A stretch of 64,000 bases of DNA, from assembly GCA_963745235.1 (NCBI GenBank), contig CAVUXE010000015.1, positions 160,001 to 224,000 on the forward strand. Reading direction: 5' to 3'. This DNA comes from an uncultured Spirochaetota bacterium. GTDB taxonomy: Bacteria > Spirochaetota > Spirochaetia > SZUA-6 > Fen-1364. The notes below the pieces were generated by a model that was not told the origin of the DNA, did not search any database, and saw nothing but the letters and a program-made list of their open reading frames with translations. Made by a program: the position numbers and the translations under genes. Shown here piece after piece: positions 41,365 through 52,257 of this stretch. How positions within the stretch are numbered: the first letter of the stretch is position 1; each line of letters starts with the position of its first letter.

Positions 41365-41805
41365 CTACCCGTTGACCGACATGAGGCGCGTGAAGCGAAT
41401 CAGCAGGACGGGCCTTCGCAGCATGCCGGAGATTTTCACCTCTCCCGAGAGCAGTCCCCTGCGAAGGCCTCTCCCTTTCGGGCCGAAAAGGAACGGGAGT
41501 CCCGCAACGATCTTCACCGCGGCAAGCCCCAGGAGGGCTTCCGAGTCAGCAGAGATGCGGATCTCCGGCGCGCCGTGGACGCCTCCATGAACGAGAAGCC
41601 TGCCGCGTCCGAACGCCAGGGTGATGGTCACTTCGGCGTCGCGCGCTTCCAGCGAAATCAGCGAATCAAGCCTCGCAAAGTCACGCCATTTGCGGGGGCT
41701 GTGCTCCAGGTTCTGACGGATAAGGTCTGCAAGCATTACGGCAAGGCCCACCTCGCCCGCCCCCTCGGCAAGGCTGACGCTTTCGCGCGCGTTCCCGACT
41801 GTCAC
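41365..41805 (-). CDS. SCP2-like (sterol carrier fold) protein
   Basis: ITL.F..G.L.V..G...PEI.I.AD and LL.GEVKISG pattern; GTGA overlap with the ADH stop. Confidence 0.55.
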   Translation of the reverse strand: MTVGNARESVSLAEGAGEVGLAVMLADLIRQNLEHSPRKWRDFARLDSLISLEARDAEVTITLAFGRGRLLVHGGVHGAPEIRISADSEALLGLAAVKIVAGLPFLFGPKGRGLRRGLLSGEVKISGMLRRPVLLIRFTRLMSVNG

Positions 41806-42980
41806 GTCGTCCCCGACCATGCCGCGGAGAGGACTCTGAGCACGTCTGCGGGCGCGGCAACGGGCTTGGCATTGTAGACGATGGCGCCATCGGACATCGC
41901 CAATTCCGCGCAGGCGGCCAGATCTTCCCGGGGAACGCCGACTTCCCGAAAAGTGCCCGGCAGCCCAACCTCGCGGACAAAAGCGGACATCGACTCCGCC
42001 GCACGGACACCCGCCGCTTCGTCGCTCATTCCCCGCACGTCCACCCCCATTGCCTCGGCGGCCAGTCGGTGCCGGTCAGCCACGACGTCATTGTTGTATC
42101 GTACGACATGGGGCATGGCAATGGCGATTGCGGTGCCATGGTGCACCCCGTGGCGCGCGCCTACCACGTGGGCTATTGCATGCAGGAGCCCCACCTGGGC
42201 ATTCGAAAACGCCGCCCCCGCCAGCGCGGCGGCAATCAGCATTTGTCCCCGCGCGGCAAGGTCGGCGCCGTTTTTCACGGCGAGCGGCAGGAACCTCCGA
42301 ATGAGCCGGATTGCGTGCAGGCCCAGCGCATCAGACATCGGCTCACGCTGCGCGGAGGTGAGAGCCTCCAGGCCGTGGGAGAAGGCATCCAGCCCGGTGG
42401 CCGCCGTGAGCAACGGCGGAAGGCCAACGGTAAGGTTCGGATCCAGGATGGCAACGTCCGGGATGATGTGGTGGTCCCCGAAAATGAGCTTTCGCCTGTT
42501 CTCGTGGTCCTTGACCAGAGCGAAGTACGTCACCTCGGAGCCCGTCCCGGCCGTGGTCGGGATGCTGATGTGCGGGGTCTGGCGGCGGGTCAGGAGCTGA
42601 AAGCCCTGGTAGTCCAGGAGCGAGCCGCCTTCCGTCAGCAGGATGGCGATCCCCTTGGCCGTATCGATGACGCTTCCCCCTCCCACGCTGACGATGGAGT
42701 CTGCGCCCTGCGCGCGGCCCAGCTCCGCGCCCGCGTTGACGGTGTGGACGCCCGAGTCAGCGGGGACATCCGAGAACACCCCGGCGCAGGCGGGTCCGAG
42801 CGCCCTCGTTATCTTCCCGACGATGTCCGCCTTTGCGGCGAGGACCTTGTCCGTCACCACGAGCGCCCTGCGGCACCCAAGCCCCGCCAGCTCGGGAGCC
42901 ACCTCTGCCGAGGAGCCGGCGCCGTAGACCACCCGGGTCGGGTTCATGAAGAGGAATGAAAGGTCGGCAGGATATTCCAT
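41802..42980 (-). CDS. Iron-containing alcohol dehydrogenase
   Basis: GGGSVIDTAK, IPTTAGTGSEVT, DAFSH..E, HAIAH, HHG. Confidence 0.92.
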   Translation of the reverse strand: MEYPADLSFLFMNPTRVVYGAGSSAEVAPELAGLGCRRALVVTDKVLAAKADIVGKITRALGPACAGVFSDVPADSGVHTVNAGAELGRAQGADSIVSVGGGSVIDTAKGIAILLTEGGSLLDYQGFQLLTRRQTPHISIPTTAGTGSEVTYFALVKDHENRRKLIFGDHHIIPDVAILDPNLTVGLPPLLTAATGLDAFSHGLEALTSAQREPMSDALGLHAIRLIRRFLPLAVKNGADLAARGQMLIAAALAGAAFSNAQVGLLHAIAHVVGARHGVHHGTAIAIAMPHVVRYNNDVVADRHRLAAEAMGVDVRGMSDEAAGVRAAESMSAFVREVGLPGTFREVGVPREDLAACAELAMSDGAIVYNAKPVAAPADVLRVLSAAWSGTT

Positions 42981-42987
42981 GGCGCGG

Positions 42988-43407
42988 CTACTCGTCCAGG
43001 AACTTCGTGTCGAGCATGGCGGCGGAGTTCACGAGCTCCTGCGCTGCCTCGACCGCGCGGACGATGGTGGGAAGGTCCCCCTTGAGCTTGAGCTTGCCCT
43101 GCATCATCCCCTTGATCGGTTCGAGCTCTCTTCTGAGCACCTGCTTCCAGCGCGCGTACTCTCCCGTGATGCAGAACGGCGCCTTTGCCGCCTCCTCCAC
43201 CTTCACGAGCCGGGCGTCACGGCAGACGCCCCTGTCCAGGTCCAGCCAGATCCCGACATCCTGCGGGAAGGCGGACGGCTGCGCCTTGCAGACCAGCGCG
43301 ACGACCCCGTACGTCCAGTCCGCGGCCGCGGTCTTGTACGCGGGATTGCCGTTGATCGCGGCCTTGTAGGCGGCGATCCACTCCTCGCTGAAGAACGGAA
43401 TGCCCAT
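42988..43407 (-). CDS. SCP2 sterol-binding domain protein
   Basis: FFSEEW, LDL..G.C, GEY..WK, MQGKLKLKGD. Confidence 0.85.
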   Translation of the reverse strand: MGIPFFSEEWIAAYKAAINGNPAYKTAAADWTYGVVALVCKAQPSAFPQDVGIWLDLDRGVCRDARLVKVEEAAKAPFCITGEYARWKQVLRRELEPIKGMMQGKLKLKGDLPTIVRAVEAAQELVNSAAMLDTKFLDE

Positions 43408-43423
43408 GGCAGCCTCCCCGGTC

Positions 43424-44926
43424 TCAATCGTTGATGATGTAGTCGTACCAGAACTTCTTCGACCTTTCGAGGGCGAGGTCGACGTGGATGTGCTTGACCT
43501 GCGTGTACTCCAGGAGCCCGTGCGGGCCCATTTCGCGGCCCACTCCTGACTGCTTGTACCCGCCGAACGGCGCGCGCGCGTTCAGGAGGTGGAAGTCATT
43601 GATCCACACGGTGCCGGTTCGGATCCTCTTGGCGATGCCGATTGCCTTGGGAATGTCGCGGGAAAACACGGCGCCGCCCAGGCCGTAGATGCTGTCGTTG
43701 GCCATGGAGATGGCGTCGTCCAGGGTCTCGTACTTGATGACGGCGAGGACGGGACCGAAGATCTCTTCCCGGGCGATGGTTGCGGTGTTGGGGACCTCCT
43801 CGAAGATGGTCGGCTGCACGAACCAGCCCTTCTTCATGCTCGGCAGGCCTGCCGCCGCCGCACACAAGGCGCGCCCCTTCCCGTTCTTCCCGTCTCGATG
43901 TAGCCGAGAACGCGCGTGAGCTGGGCCTGGGAGACGAGGGGCCCCATCGCGGTCTCGAAGTCAGCGGGGTCACCGACAGTGACGTGCGTGACCCGCTCCC
44001 GTACGCGCTCCATGAACTCGTCGTAGATGGAAGCGGGAACGAAGCAGCGGGTGCCGGATTCGCAGACCTGGCCGGCGAAGAAGAAAGTGCCGAACAGCGC
44101 GCCGTCCACCGCCACCGAGAGGTCGGCGTCGTCGCAGATGATGGTCGGGCTCTTTCCGCCCAGCTCCAGGGTGACCTTCTTGACCGTGTCCGCGGCAAGC
44201 TTCATGACGCGCCGGCCCGTCTCGGTGGAGCCGGTGAAGGCCACCTTGTCCACCATCGGGTTGGTGCACAGCTCCTCCCCCACTTCCGGGCCGGATCCGA
44301 TAACGACGTTGAAGACGCCCGGGGGAATGCCGGCATTCCGCCGCGGCCTTCGCAAGCTCCAGCGCCGTGAGCGGCGTGTCGCTGGCCGGCTTGAGGACCA
44401 TGGAGTTGCCCATGATGAGGGCCGGGGCCACCTTCCAGACCGCGATCATGAAGGGCAGGTTCCACGGGACGATCCCGGCGCAGACCCCGATGGGCTCGCG
44501 GTTGACGAAGTTCCATGAGATTGCCGGCACGTCGATCCAGGGCAGCGGCTCATAGGTGGGGAGGCGCTCGCCCAGCTCCACCAGGGTCTGAAACTGCTCG
44601 ATGCCGAAGGGGATCTCCATGAACGAGGTCTGGCGGATGGTGGCCCCGGAATCCGCGGACTCCAGGCGGGCGAGCTCGTCCTGGCGGCTGGCGAGCTTCT
44701 CCACCATCCGCATGAGGATCTTCGCCCGCTCCCGCACGTCCATGCCGCTCCAGGCTCCGGAGTCGAACGACTTGCGGGCCGCCTCGATGGCGCGTCGTGC
44801 GTCGGCCTTCGAAGCCACGGGGACATGTGCAATGGGCTCTTCCGTGGCCGGGTTGATCGTCGGCCGGCATTCACCCGATTCGGCTTCGACAAACCTGCCG
44901 TCGATGTACAGCTGGTATTTTTCCAT
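43424..44926 (-). CDS. Aldehyde dehydrogenase, frameshifts near 44340 and 43885
   Basis: PWNLP, KPAS.TP, FTGSTE.G, LELGGKSP, GQVC, EEIFGPV, PFGGYKQSG. Confidence 0.92.
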
Positions 44927-44934
44927 GGATGACG

Positions 44935-44962
44935 ATGATACTGGCGGTTCGCGAGAACGCAA
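44935..44962 (-). promoter_or_regulatory. Sigma70 promoter for the ALDH operon
   Basis: TTGCGT-N16-TATCAT, 8 nt to ATG 44926. Confidence 0.55.
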
Positions 44963-44993
44963 GCCAGCGGAGGAAGCGTTATCGGAGGGTGGC

Positions 44994-45150
44994 CGCCTCC
45001 CGCCCATCCCTGGGCTCGGCGCGGCTCGACATCCTGGCCTACGCCGCGCCTCCCGCCCATCCCTGGGCTCGGCGCGGCTCGACATCATGGCCTACGCCGC
45101 GCCTCCAGCACGCCCCAGGGCTTCGGCGCGCTCGACATCCATGTCTACGG
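44994..45150. repeat. About 3 x 53-bp intergenic tandem repeat with CA-TCC(C/A)-TG mini-hairpins
   Basis: Units at 44994 and 45047 (1 mismatch) and a degenerate unit at 45100. Confidence 0.9.
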
Positions 45151-46175
45151 CAATCTGTTGAACCACAACAGCGAGAAGGCGCCAGCAGCCAGCAGCAGAG
45201 CGGCGGCAACGGCGACGAAAATTGCAGTGATCTCAGTCTTTTCGCGCTCCACCATCAAGCGCGTGCTCAGGTTCTCGTAGATCTTGTGCAGGTCTCCTTC
45301 GCTGCTGGCCTTGAAGTACGTCCCGGCCGTCTTTGCGGCGATCTCCTTCAGTGTCGCCTCGTCAAGAATGACGCGGAAGGAGAACCCCTCGAACCCGATG
45401 ACGGCCCCCTCCTTGGTCCCCACCCCGACGGTGAACACGCGCACGCCGAGGTTCGCGGCCTTGTCCGCAATGTCCAGCGGATCGGGCCCCTGGTTGCTCT
45501 GGCCGTCGCTCATCAGCACGATGACGGCGCTCTTGTAGCTTCCGGGAGGCACCGGCGGCGGCTCCTGGTCAGTGGGTGGCGCAGCGGTCAAAGGACCGTT
45601 CGGATCAGGAGGGGGAGTGTCGGTGGTCTGATCCTTTTTCTCGAAGATGGCGTCCAGGGCGGTCTGGAGGCCGCTGCCAATTGCGGTGTAACGCTCCGGA
45701 TGGAGCCTGTTCACCGCCGCCAGCAGCTGATCGTTGTCCGTAGGTCGGAGGCTGGATCAGCTCCGCGGTGCCGCTGAAGGCGACAATCCCGATTCGAACG
45801 TTGTCGCGGCCTCCTGGCGATGAATATCCTGGCTGCCTCCTTCACCGCCTCCATGCGGCTGGGCTTGATGTCGGTGGCCCTCATGCTGCCCGACACATCC
45901 ATGGAGAGGATGACCGTGCCTTCCTCCGACGGGAGCGTCACCGTTGCCGACGGCCGGGCCAGGGCGAATATGATCACGGTCATCCCTGCCAGGAAGAGCC
46001 CGGCGGGGATATGGCGACGGATGCCAGGTCCTTTTCCCAGCGCGTCTTTCACCAGCGAGAGGCTGGCGTAGCGAAGAGCATACTTCTGCCTGCGGCGCTG
46101 CGCCAGAACGTACGCTGCCACCAGGAAAGGCACAAGGATGAGGAGGAGAAGCATCCGGGCCCAGATAAAGCTCAT
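45145..46175 (-). CDS. BatA-like VWA domain membrane protein, frameshifted at 45720-45810
   Basis: ALARP, DVSGSM (MIDAS), TAIGSG, MSDG, FTVGVG, LDE.TL..IA..T.G.YF. Confidence 0.88.
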
Positions 46176-47089
46176 TGTGCAGCTTCCTTCAGGCCGCTGA
46201 CGGCCGCCTTTGAGGGGCCTGTCGACCTGCGCCGCTTGCGCAGGCTGGCAAACCGCACGATCTCCTGCACCAGATCTCCCTCCGTGGAGACTTCCATGGC
46301 GTCCGTTGCGCAACGGGCAAGTGACATGTGCAGGTCCGCCTCGCGCTTGCGCGCGGCCGCAGCGAAACGGGCGCGAAAGCCGCGCGTTATGGGTATCCAG
46401 GTGGAGCTGCTGCCCCGACTCGGCATCTTCCATGACGACCATCCCGATGTCGGGAAGAGAGCTTTCCCGCGGGTCGAGCAGGCGAACGGCAACCGCCTCG
46501 TGCCTCTGGGTGAGAATTGCCAGGGGGCGTTCCCAGCCGGGGGCGCTGATGAAATCCGAGACGATGAACAGGAGCGACGGGCGACGCACCACTCGCTGGG
46601 CGGCCTCCAGGAGCGTCGATAGCCTCGTCAAGGGAGCCCGAGGCAGCTTCGGCTCCGACACCAGGGTGCCGATCAACCTCAGGACCTGCATTCGTCCCGT
46701 CTCGGCGGGGATGACCCGGATCGAGCTTCCGTTGATACACGAGAGCGCCCACCCGGTTTCCGTGGCGCGTGAGCAGGCGCGCCAGGACGCCGACGCTGTC
46801 CACCAGCAGGTCGCTCTTCCTCTTTCGCGCGGTGCCGAAATCCATGGACGGGCTGAGGTCGAGGAGGAACCAGGCAGTCAGGTCACGGTCCTCCACTCGC
46901 AGGCGGATGTACGGCGTCTGCGTCCGCGCCGTCACATACCAGTCGATGGCCCTCACGTCGTCGTTGAACTGGTACTCCCGCAGCTCCGCAAGCTCAAGTC
47001 CGAACCCGCGGAATACGGTCTTGTAGTTCCCCTGGAGGAGACCGTCCAGACGGCGGATCACCGTCCAGTCGAGCCTCTGGAGGATCCGT

Positions 47090-47115
<26 letters not shown>
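46172..47115 (-). CDS. DUF58 domain protein, frameshifts near 46725 and 46385
   Basis: LREYQ..DDVRAIDW.VTAR, DLSPSM.FG, VSDF, DPRE..LP. Confidence 0.85.
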
Positions 47116-48139
<1,024 letters not shown>

Positions 48140-48155
48140 GTGCGTCAAGCTCCTT

Positions 48156-49028
48156 TCAATAGGGGGCGCCGCCGAACATCCCCGCGGCGGTCTCGATCGG
48201 AATGGCAAACCCGATCCCGATGAAGACCTCTTCGCTGGTCGGGTTGAGCAGCGCCGTCACGATGCCCACTACTTCTCCATTCCGGTTGACCAGCGGTCCG
48301 CCGGAGTTGCCCGGGTTCACCGCCGCATCGAACTGGATCAGGTCAGTGAGCGTCGCGCCTGTTTCCTTGGACGTGAACGCCCGCCCGGTGCCGGAGACGA
48401 TTCCGGCGGATGCGGAGTTCAGCAGACCGAAAGGATTCCCCACGGCAATCACCTGGTCTCCGAGGCTCAACGAGGAGGAAGCAACCAGGGTGGCTGCACG
48501 CAGGTCATCGGGAAGCGTGCTTGCCCGAAGCACCGCGAGATCGTTCTGCGGCTGGCGCATGACCACCTGCGCTTCGGACTCCGTCCCGTCTCCCGCGAAA
48601 ATCACGCGGACCCGCGCCGCGTCCTTCACCACGTGGAGGCAGGTGAGGATTATTCCCTGGTCGGAGATCACGACGCCCGTCCCGAGCGCGCCGCGCCCGC
48701 CCCCGCCCTGCGTGTTGACGAAGATGTCCACCAGAGACGGGCGGATTATCTGGTAGGCGATGCTCGCGTCCGACGGCTTCGGAGGAAGGGCTTGCAGGGT
48801 GCGCCCGACAGCCGCATCGATGTCCCTCTGCGTGAGCTTCTGCGGCTGGGGCCTGAGGGCATCGTAGAGAAGGATGGCGGCGGCGACAAGAATGACATTG
48901 GCGGCGATGACGAGCATCGGGCCAAACCGCGCGTAGACGCGGCCGAGGAATCTCTTCACGAGCTGCCAGTCCGAAGGCGGCTCCACCGGAGGGTCTTCGC
49001 GGCCTGTCTGAGGGAGGGAGATCGTCAT
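48156..49028 (-). CDS. Membrane-anchored trypsin-like (S1C/HtrA-like, no PDZ) serine protease
   Basis: TM segment; TCLHVV, NDLAVL, DAAVNPGNSGGP triad. Confidence 0.9.
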   Translation of the reverse strand: MTISLPQTGREDPPVEPPSDWQLVKRFLGRVYARFGPMLVIAANVILVAAAILLYDALRPQPQKLTQRDIDAAVGRTLQALPPKPSDASIAYQIIRPSLVDIFVNTQGGGGRGALGTGVVISDQGIILTCLHVVKDAARVRVIFAGDGTESEAQVVMRQPQNDLAVLRASTLPDDLRAATLVASSSLSLGDQVIAVGNPFGLLNSASAGIVSGTGRAFTSKETGATLTDLIQFDAAVNPGNSGGPLVNRNGEVVGIVTALLNPTSEEVFIGIGFAIPIETAAGMFGGAPY

Positions 49029-49140
49029 GCGCCTGCGCTCGCCTGCGCTTCTGCTGACCCTCACAGCGCCGCGGACGCTTTTGCCCTCGGTTCCAGGTAT
49101 GACCACGGTATAACTTACTGCCGGAACGTCCCCGGGTGAA

Positions 49141-50639
49141 ATGCCCGGCAATCGACGGGACGTTCACCCTGTCGAAGAAGGCGTGGCTGACCCGCTGACG
49201 GACCTTGCGCGAAGACGCCTGGGAGTCTCCTACCTCTACCCGGTCCAGCGCTTCGTCATCTCCAACACGGTGGAGGGCAAGTCGCAGATCGTGATCCTGC
49301 CCACCGGGGCGGGGAAGTCTCTGTGCTTCCAGCTCCCGTCCCTGCTTCTTCCCGGGGGCAACCCTTGTCCTGGTGCCGCTCCTCTCCCTGATGGCGGACC
49401 AGCTTCGCAAGCTCAGGGCTGCCGGCGTGCAGACTGATGTCCTGCGCGGCGGCCTGACGCACAAGGAGAAGGCTGACCTGTTCACGAGCGTGCGGGAGCG
49501 AAGGACCCGGATCGTCCTTGCCACCCCGGAGGCGTGCCTCGTGGAATCCACCCTCGAGCAGTTGCGGCGGTGCGGGTTCAGCCACTTCGTTGTGGATGAG
49601 GCGCACTGCGTCTTCGAGTGGGGAGAGAGCTTCCGACCGGCCTTCCGTGAGATCGGCCGCCTTGCCCGTGCCCTCGGGATCCCCGTGCGCACGGCATTCA
49701 CCGCCACCGCATCCCGACTGTCCATAGAGCGGATCCGTGAGCTTGTCTTCGACGAGGGCGAGGTAAGAGTGGTGGCCGCGGCCCCTGACAGGCCCAACAT
49801 CTCCTACAGCATCCGGCACGTGCTCGCCATGGAGCACGCGCTGGCAGTGCTGGTCCGCCGCGCCCCGCGGCCCCTCCTGGCGTTCTTTCGAACGCGAAAC
49901 GCCGCGGAAGTGGCGGCTCGTGCCGCGTGGAGGGCTCCATCTGAAAGGGGGGTGCGGTTCTACCACGCGGGGCTCTCCCGGGACGAGCGCGCGGACGTTG
50001 AGCAGTGGTTCCTTGGCAGCCGCGAAGGCGTCCTCTTTGCGACATGTGCGTACGGGATGGGCGTCGACAAGCCGGATATCCGGACGGTGGTCCACGTCGG
50101 GGTACCGGGCTCTGTGGAGGCGTATCTGCAGGAGACGGGGAGAGCCGGACGTGACGGCCACCCTTCCGGCGCGATTCTCCTTGTCTCCCGGGAGGACCGG
50201 GCTTTCTCCGGTGGCCTCCCGGAGGGGCCTGCCCGAGAGCGCTACGAGGGGATGCTCGGCTACGCCCTTTCCCAGGGCGTATGCAGGCGCCAGGCTCTCC
50301 TGGCTCTTATTGGAGCCGAGCCGGTTGCATGCTCGGGCTGTGACGTCTGCCGGGGGACAGAATCAGCAAGAGCCGAAGGGGAGCAGGAGATACTGGATTT
50401 CATCCGCCGCTTACCCCGCAGGTTTGCCCCGGTTCAGGCTGCTGAAATACTAACCGGGACACGCGGGCCGCGCGCGGTCCGTCGCTTCCATGACTGCGTC
50501 TCGGGCTACGGCGTCCTTCCCAGGGTGGGCAAGAGAAGACGTCGAAACGGCAATCAGAGAGCTGGTTGCCCGGGGGGCGCTTACCGTGGCCAGGCGCGGG
50601 CCTTGGAAGAGGACGCTGTGCCGCGCCCGGCCGCCGTGA
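49141..50639 (+). CDS. recQ: RecQ family ATP-dependent DNA helicase, frameshifts near 49355 and 50520
   Basis: LPTGAGKSLCFQLP, VDEAHC..WG..FR, TAT, YHAGL, GMGVDKPD, YLQETGRAGRDG, CRR..C..CD.C zinc site. Confidence 0.88.
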
Positions 50640-50685
50640 AAGGAGTCCCGTTCGAAGAGTGGGGAGCTCAGGCCGCGGGAGCTCT

Positions 50686-51666
50686 TCAGCCTGGAGGAGA
50701 TTGAGCAGCGGTCCCGGCCAGCGCGTCTACGTCCCGCGAATCGGGAAGCGCGCTCATGACCCCTTTCTTCCTGGCGGTGAGCGCTCCGGCGGCGTTTGCC
50801 CATCTGAGGCTCTGATGGAGCTTCTCCCCGGCCAGGGCCGGGCGAAGCGCGGCGCGGTCTGGCAGGATCCTCACCAGGAGGGCCGCCATGAACGCGTCTC
50901 CGCATCCCGTGGCATCCACGGCCTCCACGGTGAATCCGGGCACCGCGCCGGCGCCGGAGCCTGTTGCCCAGGCGCTGCCGCGGGGACCGAGGGTTGCCAC
51001 ACAGAGGGCCGGCCCTTTTTCCGTGATCCTGCCGCAGCCTTTCTGAGGATCCTCGGTCCCCGAGAGGAGGAGAAGCTCCGCCTCGTTCACCTTGACGATG
51101 TCCGCCAGGGCAAGGGCGCTGGTGATCTCCGCCTTGGCGTGCCGCTCACTGTCCCAGAGGCCGGGGCGATAATTCACGTCGAATGACACCGTGGCTCCGG
51201 CCGTGCCCGCCGCGCGGGCGGCCTCCAGCGTGGCGCTGCGGCAGGGCTCGGCCGCAAGACTGACAGACCCGAAGTGGTAGATGGCAGTCTCTGCAAGAAG
51301 ACCCCGGTCCAGCTCCGACGGGTCCAGGAGCATGTCCGCGCCCGGGTTTCGATAGAAGAGCATCTCCGTGCGGTTGGCATCCGGGAGGGTCATGAAGTTC
51401 AGAGTCGTGCGGTAGCGCGTGTCGAAGCGCATGCCGCGCGTGTCCACGCCGTAGCTCTTGAGGACGGCTTCCAGCCTCCGACCGAAGGCATCTTCCCCTG
51501 CCTTGCCAATGAAGGCGGATTTGGCGCCGAGCCGCGCCGCGGCAACGGCGACGTTGGCGGGCGCCCCGCCGGCAACGGGAATGAAAGCAGAGACAGTGGA
51601 GAAGTCCTTTCCGGTTTCAGAGGCAAACATGTCGAGGATTATTTCGCCCAGGCACACGATATCCAT
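50686..51666 (-). CDS. PfkB family carbohydrate kinase (fructokinase-like)
   Basis: GGAPANVA, FDVNYRP.LW, VKVNEAE, VDATGCGDAF. Confidence 0.92.
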   Translation of the reverse strand: MDIVCLGEIILDMFASETGKDFSTVSAFIPVAGGAPANVAVAAARLGAKSAFIGKAGEDAFGRRLEAVLKSYGVDTRGMRFDTRYRTTLNFMTLPDANRTEMLFYRNPGADMLLDPSELDRGLLAETAIYHFGSVSLAAEPCRSATLEAARAAGTAGATVSFDVNYRPGLWDSERHAKAEITSALALADIVKVNEAELLLLSGTEDPQKGCGRITEKGPALCVATLGPRGSAWATGSGAGAVPGFTVEAVDATGCGDAFMAALLVRILPDRAALRPALAGEKLHQSLRWANAAGALTARKKGVMSALPDSRDVDALAGTAAQSPPG

Positions 51667-51673
51667 GGCCGCC

Positions 51674-51702
51674 ATCCTACAACCGACACCCGTTGCACAC
51701 AA
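51674..51702 (-). promoter_or_regulatory. Sigma70 promoter for pfkB (leaderless geometry)
   Basis: TTGTGT-N17-TAGGAT, 7 nt to ATG 51666. Confidence 0.55.
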
Positions 51703-51797
51703 GCGCTCACTATGGTAAGCTTCCGCTAAATCCAGTCGCATCAAAAAACGACTCTGAACGCGTCAGCGCGGAGCGCGTAATCGCCCAAGGAGCCCAC

Positions 51798-52257
51798 ATG
51801 GAACAGGCGTTTCAGGCCCTCCTCGAGGAGTGGAGAGGCGTCAAGGGGAACGTCATCCCTCTGCTGCAGAAGACCCAGGACATCTACGGATATCTCCCCG
51901 AGGAAGCCATGCGCCGGATCGCCAGGCGCCACCGGCAAGACCGCCTCTGAGATCTACGGAGTCGCCACGTTCTACGCCCAGTTCCGCTTCACGCCCATGG
52001 GGAAACATGTCATGAAGGTCTGCCATGGGACCGCGTGCCACGTGCAGGGCGCGGACTCCCTGGACACGGTGGTGGAGAGCAGGCTGGGCGTCGCGCCGGG
52101 AAACAACACGCCGGACGGCAGGTTCACAATCGAGCGCGTGGCATGCCTCGGCTGCTGCTCGCTCGCCCCGGTGGTGATGATCGACGGAGAGGTCTACGGC
52201 CGGCTCACCGGCGACAAGCTGGGAAAGATCGTGGCCGGGATCGGAGATGAAAAATGA
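51798..52257 (+). CDS. NuoE/HydC-like [2Fe-2S] subunit, frameshift near 51930
   Basis: IPLLQ..Q..YGYLP; VATFY; VCHGTACHV, ACLGCC. Confidence 0.88.

Noticed and set aside
44994-45150. CRISPR array or N-terminal extension of the ALDH (ORF 43970-45088)
   Set aside because: No spacers; the ALDH has its own promoter and ATG at 44926, so the repeat is intergenic
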